55,784 nucleotides of DNA from Chiloscyllium plagiosum (GCF_004010195.1 NC_057719.1:31321304-31377087); one strand, 5' to 3'. Counted from the stretch's first letter, positions 11,226 through 24,517 are shown. Program-made: numbers and translations. The notes: generated by a model from the letters alone, not told the origin.

Positions 11226-12085
11226 CTAGAAATGATCATAAAAGGTGTTGAAATGGTAGTTAGAACAGAATTTTATTCATTTAATTAACTTACAAATCAT
11301 AATATTTCAAACAAGCAACAGTGAAACAAGATAAACCAACATTATCTAATGCAGAGAGTTTTTGGGAACAGTGGCCCAGACTTTTTTCAAAAAAGTGTTC
11401 TATTAATGTTCAATTCAGCCAGCAATTTGAAACGTGGAAAAAATACTCTTGATTGTGGATTATCGTATTTGTTGGATAATTTGTCCAATTCTATAATCAG
11501 CATCGAGAGAATAACATTGTGCCTTTAACCTGTGATTTTAATGGAATTTAAGCTTAGAAATTAAAAATGCAACTATGCATTTAATAGTGCTATAATCGTC
11601 TGCCAATCAAGTTTGCATACCTGTGTTAACATTTTTTAAAAATGGAGTTCCACTTTCTCAGGTTATAAATTACTGGAGATTTTACAAATGTGGTGTCTTA
11701 AAAATAATCTTCTATTGTCACTTTGTTGTCTCTTAAACCTTTCTTTCTGCTTCTTTTTTGTTTCATAATCTGATTTGACATTTAATTCACCTACTCGAAT
11801 TTACTGTTGTATTTACTCCTCATCCAATTTTCAATTCTTTAAAGTTAAGGAGATTTCTTATTGTTCACTATACTTTTTTTGCATACTCTAATCAACTCAT
11901 ACTTTGTGGACAAAAGTATTTGAAACCAATAAATCTAACAGAGCATACTGTAAAACCACCACACTCCCAACAAAATTTGGACCATTGAATATTGTATCAT
12001 ATTCAAAAGTATATACCTTATATATTTTTAATCCAAGAATGCCGACTCTCTAAAAAGCAAGGATTTTCCAGTTTAGTCTACTAAC

Positions 12086-12199
12086 CTCACTTGCAGTCAC
12101 TTCAGGTTTCTTGGCCTTTGCTTTCTCCTGAGCAGCCCCAAGCTTCACATCTTTAAGCTGCTGAGTCACTTTATCTGCACATTCAGTACCTTTAAACCT
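12086..12199 (-). CDS. FKBP3: FKBP3 exon 3 (linker)
   Basis: 114 nt, phase 0/0; RFKGTECADKVTQQLKDVKLGAAQEKAKAKKPEVTASE. Confidence 0.92.
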
Positions 12200-14081
12200 C
12201 TGCAAGTTAAAGAATCACAGTTTATAAAACAAAAGAAAATACACAATAACCACCAAAACTAAGAACCTGTAATTTTATTTGTCTGTGTAAACATAGTGAA
12301 GTTCATATAAATACTCAATTTGCCATGAATAAACTGGCCTCCCATAGAGGAATGATAATGCTGACAGCACACAAGAACCAGACAACAATATATGGGAATT
12401 TTTTGAAACATTTAACTGTCATTTATTTCATTACCATTTGTTAGATCCTGCAGTGTGTAAAGTTTCTATTACAATGCTATGCCTTTTGGAATAAAACATC
12501 AAACCACAGCCCCAGACATGCTATTAAAGTAATGTAAAAGATACACAATCTTATTCAACAAAGGAAATGAAGGCACCCTTGATGTCTTATCCCTCAACGA
12601 ACAATCAATAAACACATAATAAACAAACCTTACTCTTGTTTATGGAATGCTGTTGTGCATAAGTCAACTGTCTCATTTCTCTATTATAACAGCAATTACA
12701 TTTCAAAAGTACTTGATTGGCAAAAAAGTTTATGAGGATCAGAGATGATAAAAAACTGTTCCATAGATTTTTTTTACATAATTCTCACTGTAACAGAAGC
12801 CTTTCGACATCGTTGACAGCAATCAGAATATACAATAGGAATCTACCAATTTCTTTCCATCTTCCAATTACACAAAATTTATTTCATCCTACTTATATTC
12901 ATGAGGACACAATGATTATACAATGCCTGCATAATTACTATTATATTATTTTCTATCAACTATTTTGACTAATGGTCTAGGTGTAGATGTTGGATTGATG
13001 TGTAAATTTTCAGACTATGCAAAGTTACAAGAGAGTGAGGAATACAAATGAAGCCTTCCACAACAGGAAGTTGAAATGTGCTGGGAGATTGGGCCTGTTA
13101 CTAGCAAATGAAGTTTAACTTGGAGAAATGCAGCTTTATGCATTTGACAAGAAAAGTGTATAAACACATCCTATAGGGAAAAGCATCAAGTAGGTAGGGA
13201 AGGCAATCAAGGAATTCTGATGGATCAATTTCTAACAGTTCATCATCAATTGTTATAAAGTAATGGCTAGCCTAAGTAGCGTACCAAGATACATTTCCAA
13301 GATAATTCACTGAGGCAAAACATACCTATTTCTTCTTTATACAAAACTTTGTTTAAGCTTCAAATAGATTATTCATTTTTGGTCCCTTCATACAGTGGGT
13401 AATATTGAGTTTCTCAAGGGTGGGACAGTAGAGTAATTCCCATTCCAAACCATTTTAGTTACCAAGATAGATTCAAAGAGCAGGTCCACATGTTTTTAAA
13501 GAAGCATAAGATTATAGAGGAGGTGTGTGACTAAAAAATATGAAAAATATGAAAAAATTCTAGTTGCATTCAATGAAGAGAGCAGAAGGGCATGCATGCC
13601 AGGAGGACCACCAGGCAAACCTAAAATTAAATATTAACCTGGTGAACCCAGGTTTTATTTTCCACCTTGATGGTAATAGTGATTTAGGAGCTGGGGTTGT
13701 AAGCATATGGCCATGAAGTTACAGATTGTGTTTGGATACAAACTGCATCTGCCCACGGATTCATGGTTGTCCAGTCTTCAGTTGCTTAATCTGCTTGAAA
13801 TCTATTTCATTCAACCCAAAAGAAGGTATCCTCATTGTGAACAGTGATGGTGGTGATCATATACAAGCCATGTCACCAAAAAGTGCTACAGGAATGAAAA
13901 CGTAACACTATCGTGGCTTGCAAACCATAAATTTGCAATTATAAAATCAAACACAAATTTTGAACTATTAATCTGATGTACTCCAGTAATAAAAATGGTT
14001 CAAATTACAGCAATGTGAACACAAAGTATGTCATTTTCACAAATTCTAGAATTACATCTAATCATATGCATAATTACTCAC

Positions 14082-14183
14082 TTTAGTTTCAAAAAGTTGG
14101 TTGTAGGCAACTACGAGCTGCTCCTTCTTTGTAGTCTTGGCAACATTTTTGATGTTTCCCATTAACTTATGTTCACTAAGAAA
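14082..14183 (-). CDS. FKBP3: FKBP3 exon 2 (BTHB domain)
   Basis: 102 nt; [34 protein letters not shown]. Confidence 0.96.
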
Positions 14184-14683
14184 CTAATTCGAAAAAAAAC
14201 ATGTTAAGTACTAATGTCACCGAAATCCAACTTCCAATACTTCTGATATTCAAAAGTCAACTTTCTAAAATATATGCCTTTTTCACATTTAAAACTGCAT
14301 ATCGTTTTGTATTTGAGACTTTTTTTTTCAATTTGCAATGAAGTCAGGTTTGTGTATTTAAATTAATAAAGATTTGTATTTATGCAGTGAAATATTCAGC
14401 AACTTTACAGCACACCACACCTAACATTTGTGGCGTTAGATCCGAAGGCACGAAGTGGGTGACTGTAATAAAAGTGATCAACATTGATTCTCGCCGCTTT
14501 GCAGTTTTGCAAACGCATCAGGCAAGGAAGGCCAAGTTGCCACATGCCAGACTCCCCGAGCCGCAAGACTGGCTTCTCCAGGCTCGAAGTGGCGCTGCTC
14601 CCGGCACAAACAACTGCCCAAGCCTGGGGGCGGGGAGGTGGGGGGGCAACCAGCAGAAACCCTGCACACACCCCCGCCCTCAC

Positions 14684-14788
14684 CGGCTCCGAAGCGCTCT
14701 GCTGCAGGAACTGGATAATCTCTTTCTTTGCCACATCCTCGCTCTTCAGCTGCTCCTCGGTCCACTGCCTCGCTGGCTCGGCTGCCAT
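14684..14788 (-). CDS. FKBP3: FKBP3 exon 1 (peptidyl-prolyl isomerase FKBP25; 225 aa in total)
   Basis: ATG at 14788; MAAEPARQWTEEQLKSEDVAKKEIIQFLQQSASEP then GTGAG donor. The seven exons sum to 678 nt in frame. Confidence 0.96.
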
Positions 14789-14789
14789 G

Positions 14790-14930
14790 ACCGTCCCAAG
14801 ACTCCCCACTAAACTGCACCGCCACCCAGCGGCCGCCGATAGACCTTATTCACAACCGCCATCTTGGAAAAACGTACCGCAATGCATGGTGGGATGCATC
14901 CGTTTCCAACACACTCCCAGCCGCAACATA
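14790..14930 (-). promoter_or_regulatory. FKBP3: FKBP3 CpG-rich promoter with YY1 and ZNF143/SBS-like motifs
   Basis: CCGCCATCTT at 14856-14865 (YY1); TCCCACCATGCA on - near 14883-14894 (ZNF143-like); local CpG enrichment 14380-14950. Confidence 0.65.
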
Positions 14931-16444
14931 CAATAATCAGCATCGCTGATTCTTTTTAAAAATAAAAACTACCTGCAGGTCTGAAAGAACTACGATAAAG
15001 GTGTTTTCCATTTTTTTACTTAAGAAAGAAGGGGTCTTACAAAGGCATCAAAACAGTACAGACGTCTGAGAATTTGATAAAGAACAACATATTTGCGGGT
15101 ACTAAAAATATGAAATAAAAACAGAATACTGGAAGTTGTAAGCACATCTAGCAATATCTCTGGTTAGAGATTGTTTAACGTCTCAGATCAATAACATTGG
15201 AACAGCGGAGCAGGCTATTTGGCTCTTCAAGCCTCCCCCACTTAATAATATCATGACTGATCTGATTGTGTTCTCAATTCCACTTTCCTGTGTACACCCC
15301 ATCAACCTTAACTCCTATGTCCATTAAAATGGATCTAATTCAGCCTTGATCAAATATTTTATAAAATAAAATTACCAGAAAAGAAAATGGAGGAAAAAAA
15401 TCCGCATTTTGATCTTAAAAGGGAAATCTCTTATTCCTGAATTATGTCTCTGAGTTCTAGTCTCCCAGAAGAGGGAACATCCTCTTTGTATCCACTCTAT
15501 CCAATCCCCTCAACATCTGTTCATCTTTCATTCACCTAAACGCCACAGACATTGCTGCATTCATTATCAAGATGAAGAAACAAGTAAGGTGCATTGCTAC
15601 ATCACTGCTAAGTAGCAGAACAACATCTGCCAGGAATAAAGACGATACTGCCATAAAATCACACCGCAGGGCAGAGTCAAACTCCCTGACTCATTGAAAT
15701 CAACTTTTTTGGAACGTCATTACAATATGACAGAACAAGTGTCCCCATTGACAGTAAACTTGCTCTTTCATTGTAGTGCGAGCAGTGCAGCCAGTGGCCA
15801 GTTTTGCAAACTGCCTGAGAGTTGGAAACACACAGTCCATTGGAGTTAATTACAGGAATCGAATTAATTACATGAACCTTGAGATCTGACCTGCTGTTGT
15901 AGACACACTGTTTATCTGCTGAGTCCAGTTGTGTTTTTGGTCAGTGGTAAGCTTAGGATGTTAATGGTGAGGGATTCAGTGATAGTAACAGCATTGGATG
16001 TCAAGAGGCAATGGTTGGAGATGGTCATTGCCTGATTTTTGAATGGCCAAATAGACCACTTTCTATATAATACTCTAATTTGTACCTCAATCACCGTTCA
16101 ATCTCTCCCTTTCACACAGTTCCTAATAGCTGTGAGAAATGTAATACTTGTTTTTTACCTCCTCCCTTCTCATTATGCAAGTCTCAAACACTTCTTCCAG
16201 TTGAAAACAGGGATTTACTCATATTGCGTTCAATTTAATATTTGATACTCATGACAAGATCTCCTCTACTCTGAGGAGAAAAATGTTGAGATTCATTTAG
16301 TGAAACATTTTCATCTAGAAATGTGTTGCTGAATTTCCAGTCACCAGTTGATTAGTTAACTCACAGGTCAAAGGCTCCTGACTCACCTCCTGAAAAGGAT
16401 AGACCAGATCTAAAAGTTGAAGTTCTTAATTAAAGGATGGCCAA

Positions 16445-18582
16445 TTTTGATGGTAATAGGCAAGAACTTTCAAAAGCTGATTGGGAGCAGACATTCACAG
16501 ATAAAGGGATGGCTAGAAAATGGGAAGCCTTCAAAAATGAGATAATGAGAGTCCAGAGATAGTATATTCCTGTTAGGGTGAAAGGCAAGGCTGGTAGGTG
16601 GAGGGAAAGCTGGATGACTAAAGAAATTGAGGAAGAAATTAAGAAAAAAAGGAAACATATGTCAGGTAAAGACAGCAGAGATCGAGTGACTCCTTAGAAG
16701 AATATAAAGGCAGTAGGAGGGAAATCAAGACGGAAAAAGAGGACATGAGATAGCTTTGGCAAATAGGGTTAAGGAGAATTCAAAGGAATTCTATAAATAC
16801 ATTAAGGACAAAAGTGTAACTAGGGAGAGAATAGGGCCCCCCAAAGATCAGTCTGTGTATGGAACTGCAGGAGATGTGTGAGAAACTAATCGAGTATTTT
16901 GCATTAGTGTTTACTGTGGAGAAGGACATGGAAGATATAGAATGTAGGAAAATAAATGTGACATTATGAACAATGTTCATGTTACAGAGGAGGAGATACT
17001 GGATGTCTTAAAGTGCATAAAGGCCAATAAATACCCAGGACCTGATCAAGTGTACCCCAGAACTTTGTGGGAAGCTAAGGAAGTGATTGCTGGGTCCTTG
17101 CTGAGATATTTGTATCACTGATAGTCACAGGGGAGGTGCCAGAAGACTGGAGGTTGGCTGACGTGGTGCCACTATTTAAGAAAGATGGTAAGAAAAAGTA
17201 GGGAACTATAGACCAATGAGCCTGACGGTGGTGGGCAAGTTGTTGTGGGGAATCCTGAGGGACAGGATGTACATGTATTTGGAAAGGCAAGAACTGATTA
17301 GAGGTAGTCAACATGGTTTTGTGCATGGGAAATCATGTCTCACAAACTTGATTGAGTTTTTTGAAGAAGTAACAAACTGGTTTGGTGAGGACAGAGTGGT
17401 GGACATGATCTATATAGACTTCAGTAAGGCATTCAACAAGGTTCTTCATGGGAGATTGGTTAGCAAGGTTAGGTCTCATGGAATACAGGGAGAACTGGCC
17501 ATTTGGATGCAGAACTGGCTCAAAGAAGACAGAGGGTGATGGTGGTGGGTTGCCTTTCACACTGGAGACTTGTGACCAGTGGTGTGCCAGAAGAATCAAT
17601 GCTTGATCCACTGCTTTTTGTAATTTATATAAATGATTTGGATGTGAACATAGGAGGTACAGTTAGTAAGCTTGCAGATGACCCCAAATTGGAGGTGTAG
17701 TGGACAGCAAAGAGGATTACGTCGGAGTACAACGGGATCTTGATCAGATGGGCCAATGGGCTGAGGAATGGCAGATGGAGTTTAATTTAGATAAATGGGA
17801 GGTGCTGTATTTTGGAAAGGCAAATCAGAGCTAGACTTATACACTTAATGATAAGGGTCCTTGGGAGGGTTGCTGAACAAAGAGACCTTGGAGTGCAGGT
17901 TCATAGTTCCTTGAAAGTGGAGTCGCATGTAGATAGGATAGTAAAGAAGGTATGCTTTCCTTTATTGATCAGAGCATTGACTATAGGAGTTGGGAGGTCA
18001 TGTTGCATCTGTACAGGACATTGGTTGGGCTACGTTTGAATATTGTGTGCAATTCTGGTCTCCCTCTTATAGGAGGGATGTTGTGAACCTTGAAAGAGTT
18101 CAAAGAAAATTAACAAGAATATTGCCAGAGTTGGAGGGTTTGAGCTATGGGGAGAGGCTGAATAGGCTGGGGCTTTTTTTGCTGGAGCATGGAGGCTGAG
18201 GGGTGACCTTATAGAGGTTTATAAAATATGAGGATCATAGATAGGGTAAACAGACAAGGTCTTTGCCCTGGGGTGGGGGAGTCCAGAACTAGAGGGGATA
18301 GGTTTATGGTGAGAGGGGAAAAATTTAAAAGGGACCTAAGAGGCAACATTTTCATGCAGAGGGTGGTGCATGTATGGAATGAGCTGCCAGAGGAAGTGGT
18401 GGAGGCTGGTATAGTTACACCATTTAAAAGGCATCTGGATGGGTATATGAATAGGAAGGGTTTAGAGGGATATGAGCCAAGTGCTAGCAAATGGGACTAG
18501 ATTAGGTTAGGATATCTGGTCAGCATGGATGAGTTGGACCGAAGGGTCTGTTTCCGTGTTGTACATCTCTATGACTCTATGA
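16445..18582 (+). mobile_element. CR1-type LINE, 5'-truncated, degenerate ORF2 (RT)
   Basis: QHGF…KSCLTNL…DFSKAF, SGVP…PLLF.IYINDL, KLADD motifs; ends in (CTCTATGA)2 tail. Confidence 0.92.
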
Positions 18583-19419
18583 CACAATGAAGGATATTCT
18601 CAATGTGAAGGTGGGATTTCATCTCCACAAGGACTGTGTGATGGATACTCTTACCAATTGTATTGTGGGTAGGTGCATCTGCAGCCAGCAGATTGGTGAA
18701 GATAAGGTTAAATACATTTTCCTTCTTGGCTCCCTCACCACCTGCCACAGACCCAACCTGGCAGTTATGTTCTTTGTAACGCAACCAGTTTGAGAAGTGG
18801 TTCTATTGCCAAGCCAGTCTTTGTGGTAGATATTCCCAACCTTAAATATGTTCTGCACCATTGCCACCTTCAGAGCATCCTCCAAGTGGTGTTAAAGATG
18901 GAGGAACACTTATTCGTCAACTCAAGGAGGAGGAAGTAGTACATGATAATCCAGCCCATATTTGACCTGGTGTCTGAGACCTCAAGGGAGTTGGGAGCCT
19001 TTGTTGAGGACTCCCAGGGCAATTTCATCCTGAATGTAAATCACCATGCCACCTCTACCAGGTCTGTCCTGCTGACAGAACAGGACATGTTTGTCAACGA
19101 TGGTGTCTGGAGAATTGTCCTTACATACGATTCTGGGAGTGTGATTGTGTCAGGCTGTTACATTGAACGTAGAACTGTACAGCACAGTACAGGTCCTTTA
19201 GCCCTCAATGCTGTGCTGACGTTTTACACTACTCTAAGATCCTACTCTAACATACATATCCTTAAATGTACCTATCTAAGAGTCGCTTAAATGTCCCTAA
19301 TGTATCTGATTCTAATACCACTGCTGGCATTGCATTCCACACACCCACCACTCTCTGAGTGGTCAGTCTGGTTTGATTCCTTTTTTGAGATATTTTAATG
19401 ATTTTATTACAACTGCATT

Positions 19420-19635
19420 TCAAAGGGCATTAAACAGTCAGCCATTTTGCTGTGGGTCTGGCTCATATGTGGGCCAGACCATATAAGAATAGCAATTTCC
19501 TTCCCGAAACAACATTAGTGAACCAGATGAGTTTTTCTAACATCAACAATGGTTCCATAGTCATCATTAGACTTGTAATTCAGATTATTGAATTAACATT
19601 CCACCATCTGCTGTAGTGGAATTCAAATCCATCAC
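19420..19635 (-). mobile_element. tRNA-derived SINE fragment (family of 33044-33392)
   Basis: Shares AAGGGCA…GTCA.CCA…ACATTAGTGAACCAGATG…GGAATTCAAA with 33044-33392. Confidence 0.55.
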
Positions 19636-19865
19636 ATTTGTTAGATAGTCAGAAAAATATTGAGATCATCCATTCTCCAGAAATCTTGTCATAATAGATA
19701 CAGGTGAAGATAACATAGGCTAAAGATTTTGTAGATTTGGTGTTTAGTACTTATAAAAAACACAGAGCAACAATTAACAGAGACAAAACAATATTGAACC
19801 ACAGTCAACGTGGTAGCACATAAGCCAGAGGAGATATGAAACCTTATAGCAGTTAGGCAAGACTG

Positions 19866-20848
19866 GGAACAGCGGCCAAGTGCAGAGGGTGATGGCTGCA
19901 GTCCAGTGGGGACTGGGGGCAACAGCCCTGTGCATAGTGGGGGCAGTGACTCAGTGTGGACTGGGGGCAGCGGTCCAGTGTGGAGAGGAGGCAGCAGCCC
20001 AATGCGGAGTGGGGGCAGCAGCCCAGTGCAGAGTCTGAGGGCAGCATCCCAGTGTGGAGCCTGGGGGCAGCAGCCCAGTGCGGAGTCAGGGGGCAGTGGT
20101 CCAGTGCGGAGTCAGGGGGCAGCAGCCCAGTGCAGAGTCAGGGGCAGCAGCCCAGTGCGGAGTCAGGGGGCAGTGACCCAGTGTGGAGTCAGGGGGCAGC
20201 AGCCCAGTGCGGAGTCGGGGGGCAGTGACCCAGTGTGGAGTCAGGGGGTAGCAGCCCAGTGCGGAGTCTGGGGCAACATCCCAGTGCGGAATCGGGGGCA
20301 CAGCAGCCCAGTGCGGAGTCTGAGGGCAGTGGCCCAGTGCGGAGTCGGGGGCGCAGCAGCCCGGTGCCGAGTGGGGACAGCGGCCCAGTGCGGAGTCAGG
20401 GGGCAGTGACCCAGTGCGGAGTCAGGGGCAGCAGCCCAGTGCGGAGTCAGGGGGCAGCAGCCCAGTGCGGAGTCAGAGGGCAGTGACCCAGTGTGGAGTC
20501 GGGGGCACAGCAGCCCAGTGCAGAGTCGGGGGGCAGCAGCCCAGTGCGGAGTCGGGGGCGCAGCAGCCCAGTGCGGAGTCGGGGGCGCAGCAGCCCAGTG
20601 CAGAGTGGGGACAGCGTCCCAGTGCGGAGTCAGGGGGCAGTGGCCAAGTGTGGAGTCAGGGGGCAGCAGTCCAGTGCGGAGTCAGGGAGCAGCAGCCCAG
20701 TGCGGAGTCAGGGGGCAGCGGCCCAGTGCGGAATCAGGGGGCAGTGGCCAAGTGTGGAGTCAGGGGGCAGCAGCCCAATGCGGAGTCAGAGGGCAGTGGC
20801 CCAGTGCGGAGTCAGGGGGCAGCGGCCCAGTGCGCATTGGGGGCAGCA
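19866..20848 (+). repeat. GC-rich minisatellite, ~25 bp unit (GGGGGCAGCAGCCCAGTGCGGAGTC), ~40 copies
   Basis: Directly visible tandem array with 22-26 bp variant units. Confidence 0.95.
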
Positions 20849-20899
20849 AATTCAAATGGTTTTGAATTCATTTATTCAAAACCATGAGGGGCATGATTA

Positions 20900-21186
20900 G
20901 TTTGAATAACCAAGATCTTTTTCCCCAGGGAGTCCGAAACTAGAGGGCACTGATTTAAGGTGAGAGGGGAAAGATTTAAAAAGGACCTGAGAGGACTGCC
21001 AGAGAATGTGGTGGAGGCAGGTAAAATTACAACATTTAAACACAACTGGCTGGGTATATGAATAGAAAGGATTTAGAGGGATATGGACCAAATGCTGCCA
21101 AATGGGAATAGATCAGTTTGGGACATCTGGTCAGTGCGAACAAGTTGGACCGAAGGGTCTATTTCGGTGCTGCATGACTCCATGAC
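20900..21186 (+). mobile_element. CR1 3' end fragment
   Basis: Matches 18250-18582 including GGACCGAAGGGTCT and the tail. Confidence 0.75.
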
Positions 21187-22462
21187 ATTTCCTGAGTTCT
21201 TTTGTAACTACATAGTAATTTGATGGAGACCCCAGAAAAATATAACTTTCTTTCCACTACTGTCACCTCAAGAAGATTGGAAAAATGTGTGAGGCCTTTG
21301 TTGTGCAGAATCAAACTGTCAGTTATATTTCCCTCATTACAACAGTAATTATGTATTTTAAATGTACTAATCATCTGTAAAGTGCTCAACAATATCCCAA
21401 GGTCCTGATAGGTGCTATATCTCTTCATATTTATTCATTTTTAATAATTTTGTGCAGCTGGAACACACAGTACATGACAGAAACGGTATGTCATTTATCC
21501 AAGTAGTTGGAAGGCAGTGTGAATGAAGATCATTTCATTTATTGAACACAAATTAAACATTTTTGGTGGCTGACACATGTTGAAACATTAGATTACTGCT
21601 TAATTCAGTCAAAAATCATAATGTGTCTTCCTCCTGAGCATCAACCATTGTACCAAAGCATAAAATTTCACAATAAAATCAAATTATTTTGTTGTGGGTG
21701 ATCTTGAAGAAATATGTGTTTGCAATATGTTTTACAGTAAAATTAACAGATTTTTATGCCTCAATAATTAACCATTTAGTTTGAGTTGCCTGATTTTTGG
21801 TGATCAATATTGCAGAAAAGGGGTAAAGGGAAAGAATAAGAAACTGCAAAGGTATAGTGTATTATCATTCTCCTGAACTTTTTGGATTCCAACAGTGTTA
21901 AAATTAAATTTAAAAATCACACCATTATTATTCATCACTTTACAGCACAGCATGTTAGAATTGTGAGTCCCTTGGAATTTGGGGAGAGAGTGGTGATTTA
22001 TTCTTTTGAGTGTAGACATTTGGCCATGATAGAGTTCAATGATTTACATTGGTCTATTTTAGTTCTTTTAATCCTAGTAAATGTCTGAACATTTCCAGCA
22101 TATTCTGCTGGTACCATTTCATTCCCCCTCTCCCCCTACACCACCCCCCCATCCCCATTCATCACCACCACCAACATCCCATTGTTTATTTATTATTTCC
22201 TTTCCATTTCTCCAATATTCTTGCATTTTCCATGTTTGGTCCTTTCTGTGTTGAGAAAGAAATTTAGGAGGATTTTCTTTGTGTGTATTGACCTTATGCT
22301 GTATCATGGACCTAATGGAGATAGACATGCCATATCTGGCTTCTGATGCAGCAACTTGTACTTATTGTTATCATGCAGTAAATTAGATCTTGTTGTCAGA
22401 TAAGTATCTCTTCTCATTAAGACTCAATAGTGATTTATCGTCTTCCACTGCTCATCAGATAG

Positions 22463-22719
22463 GCCATTTGACTCAACACAGAAAGGAGGATTTTTGACAG
22501 CTCTTTACCTATCCTCAAGCAGTCAGTGGTTTGTACTGTGGCATATGACAAGAGAGAAAGGCATGTTGATGTCTAGATGGTACATAGTGCCATTTGACTC
22601 AACACAGAAAGGAGGATTTTTGACAGCTCTTTACCCTATCCTCAAGCAGTCAGTGGTTTGTACTGTGGCATATGACAAGAGAGAAAGGCATGTTGATGTC
22701 TAGATGGTACATAGTGCCA
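22463..22719 (+). repeat. Near-perfect tandem duplication of 126/127 bp
   Basis: 22463-22588 and 22589-22715 differ by one C; GCCA microhomology at the junctions. Confidence 0.95.
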
Positions 22720-22854
22720 ACAGGTTCAACAAACTAATTGATCCTTCAAATGTTCCTGAGATCTTTATTTTTGCAGAGTTTTCTGCATCTCTATTAAGCA
22801 GTTTGCCTGTTAAATATGTGATTGGAGTACCAATTGTTCACTCTTATTTTACTT

Positions 22855-23185
22855 TATTTATTCTTGCATGGGATGTGCACATGACTGGAAAGGATTGCAT
22901 TTATTCCCATCCACAAGTGCCCTTGAATTGAATGATTTGCTGGGATCTGAATTGACAAATAGCCTAGATTGAGTAAGGAAAAGGCATAAGTGAACCAGAT
23001 GCGTCTTAAAAGAAATAAATGATAGGTTCTTGGTTAACCCTACGAGACTAGTTTCACATTCAGATTGTAATGATTGAATTTAAATTTCACCAGGTGCTGT
23101 GGTGAGATTTAAACCCATGTGGCCATAGTGTTAACCTGGGCCTCTGAGCTACTAGTCCAGTAACATTATCATTAAACCACCAAAT
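22855..23185 (-). mobile_element. tRNA-derived SINE (family of 33044-33392)
   Basis: Reverse-strand tRNA-like head (TGGTTTAATGATAATG…GGGTTTAAATCTCACC) and shared body. Confidence 0.6.
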
Positions 23186-23419
23186 CCCAACTATAGTAAA
23201 ATGCTTGTTTAACTTTCAGTTTTCTGTGATGAAGATGTTAACCCATATATTCACTTTGTGAATGCTGATGGATCTGCCATGTATTAATGCTGAAAAAGAA
23301 TCAAAATAATTGCCGATGCATAATAATACTGGATTGATTACACATGTCTATCATTTCAAGCCCTAGAATTAAAGTGTGCCCAAATTTCTTTGCTGAGCAA
23401 ATGAGTTTTCTGAGCAAGA

Positions 23420-23608
23420 TTACTTCGATGGATCTTTTAGTCTTCCAACAAACAGTATATTGTTTGTGTTTTCCTCATAGATAATCAAAATGAATGGTCG
23501 ATTAAATGCCAGTGTGGGTGGCAATGACATTGGAATAATTTCTACTCCAGTAGCTCCAGCTGCCTCAGTGGATTTCTCATCAATATCCAGCACTGCTTTA
23601 TGAGAAAC
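23420..23608 (-). CDS. SERPINA1: Alpha-1-antitrypsin-like serpin, last exon (reactive centre loop)
   Basis: catcag|GTT…[65 protein letters not shown]. The symbol reflects similarity; orthology is not established. Confidence 0.92.
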   Translation of the reverse strand, partial: VSHKAVLDIDEKSTEAAGATGVEIIPMSLPPTLAFNRPFILIIYEENTNNILFVGRLKDPSK

Positions 23609-24517
23609 CTGATGAACCGAAATAAAAAAATAAGCAGGTTACAATTTCCAATTGTATTGTCAACAATTGTCATTGAAAGAAGTTTTAAAAAATCATTGGT
23701 AATCAGCTTCTTATACCCACAAAGCTTTTCAGCCCATCTTGCAATCTCAAATCTTCACACCATAACTCATGGGAATAGAAGTAGGCCATTCAGCTCATCG
23801 AGTCTGCTGCACCATTCAACAAGATCATGGCCGATCTGGTAAACCTCAAATCCACTTTCCTGTCTTTTCCCTATAACCTCTGATTCCATTATTGATTAAA
23901 AATCTGCTTATCTCAGTCTTGGATATACTTAACAATGCAACCTCTACAGATCTATGAAATAAAGAATTCCAGATTCACTAGCCACTATGAGGAAAAATAT
24001 CCTCCTAATTTCTGCCTTAAATTGCCAACAGGTTATTCTGTGATTACGTCCTCTAGTCTTAGACTCTACAAATCAGAAAACAACCTTTCTGCATCTGCCC
24101 TGTCAAGTATGCTAAGAATCTTGTATATTTCAGGAGATCTTGCTAAAACTATATTTGGCATGAGTCAGACCACACCTGGAATACTGTGAGCAGTTCTGGT
24201 TCCTTATTTAAGGAAAGAAAAAACAGGCATTGGGGACAGTCCAGCTAAGGTTCATTACATCCAGTTATGGAAAGACCTCCTTATGAGGAGTGGTTGAATG
24301 GGTAGGATTTGCACTTGGTCAGGTTTAGAAGAACGAAAGGAAATCCTATTGAAATATAACTGAATGGGTCATATGTCTTATGGTCGTGAAAGATTCCCAG
24401 CTAGAACACATACAGCAGAATATAAGTGAGGTTTAAGATTATGTTTTTAGGAATAGAGAGTTTTAACTTTGCAATGCTGGAGGCTGAGGCAATACTTAAA
24501 TAAGATATTTAAATGTT

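Noticed and set aside
14387..14936. Plus-strand 141 and 150 aa ORFs over FKBP3 exon 1 (possible FANCM start)
   Set aside because: GC-rich antisense frames with no recognisable similarity to FANCM or any other protein
19866..20848. CRISPR-like array
   Set aside because: Contiguous tandem units without unique spacers, no cas genes, eukaryotic context
19853..20900. Multiple 64-167 aa ORFs with repetitive Gly/Ser/Gln/Cys sequence
   Set aside because: They are translations of a stop-poor 25-bp minisatellite; the unit is not a multiple of 3 and there is no splice or promoter support
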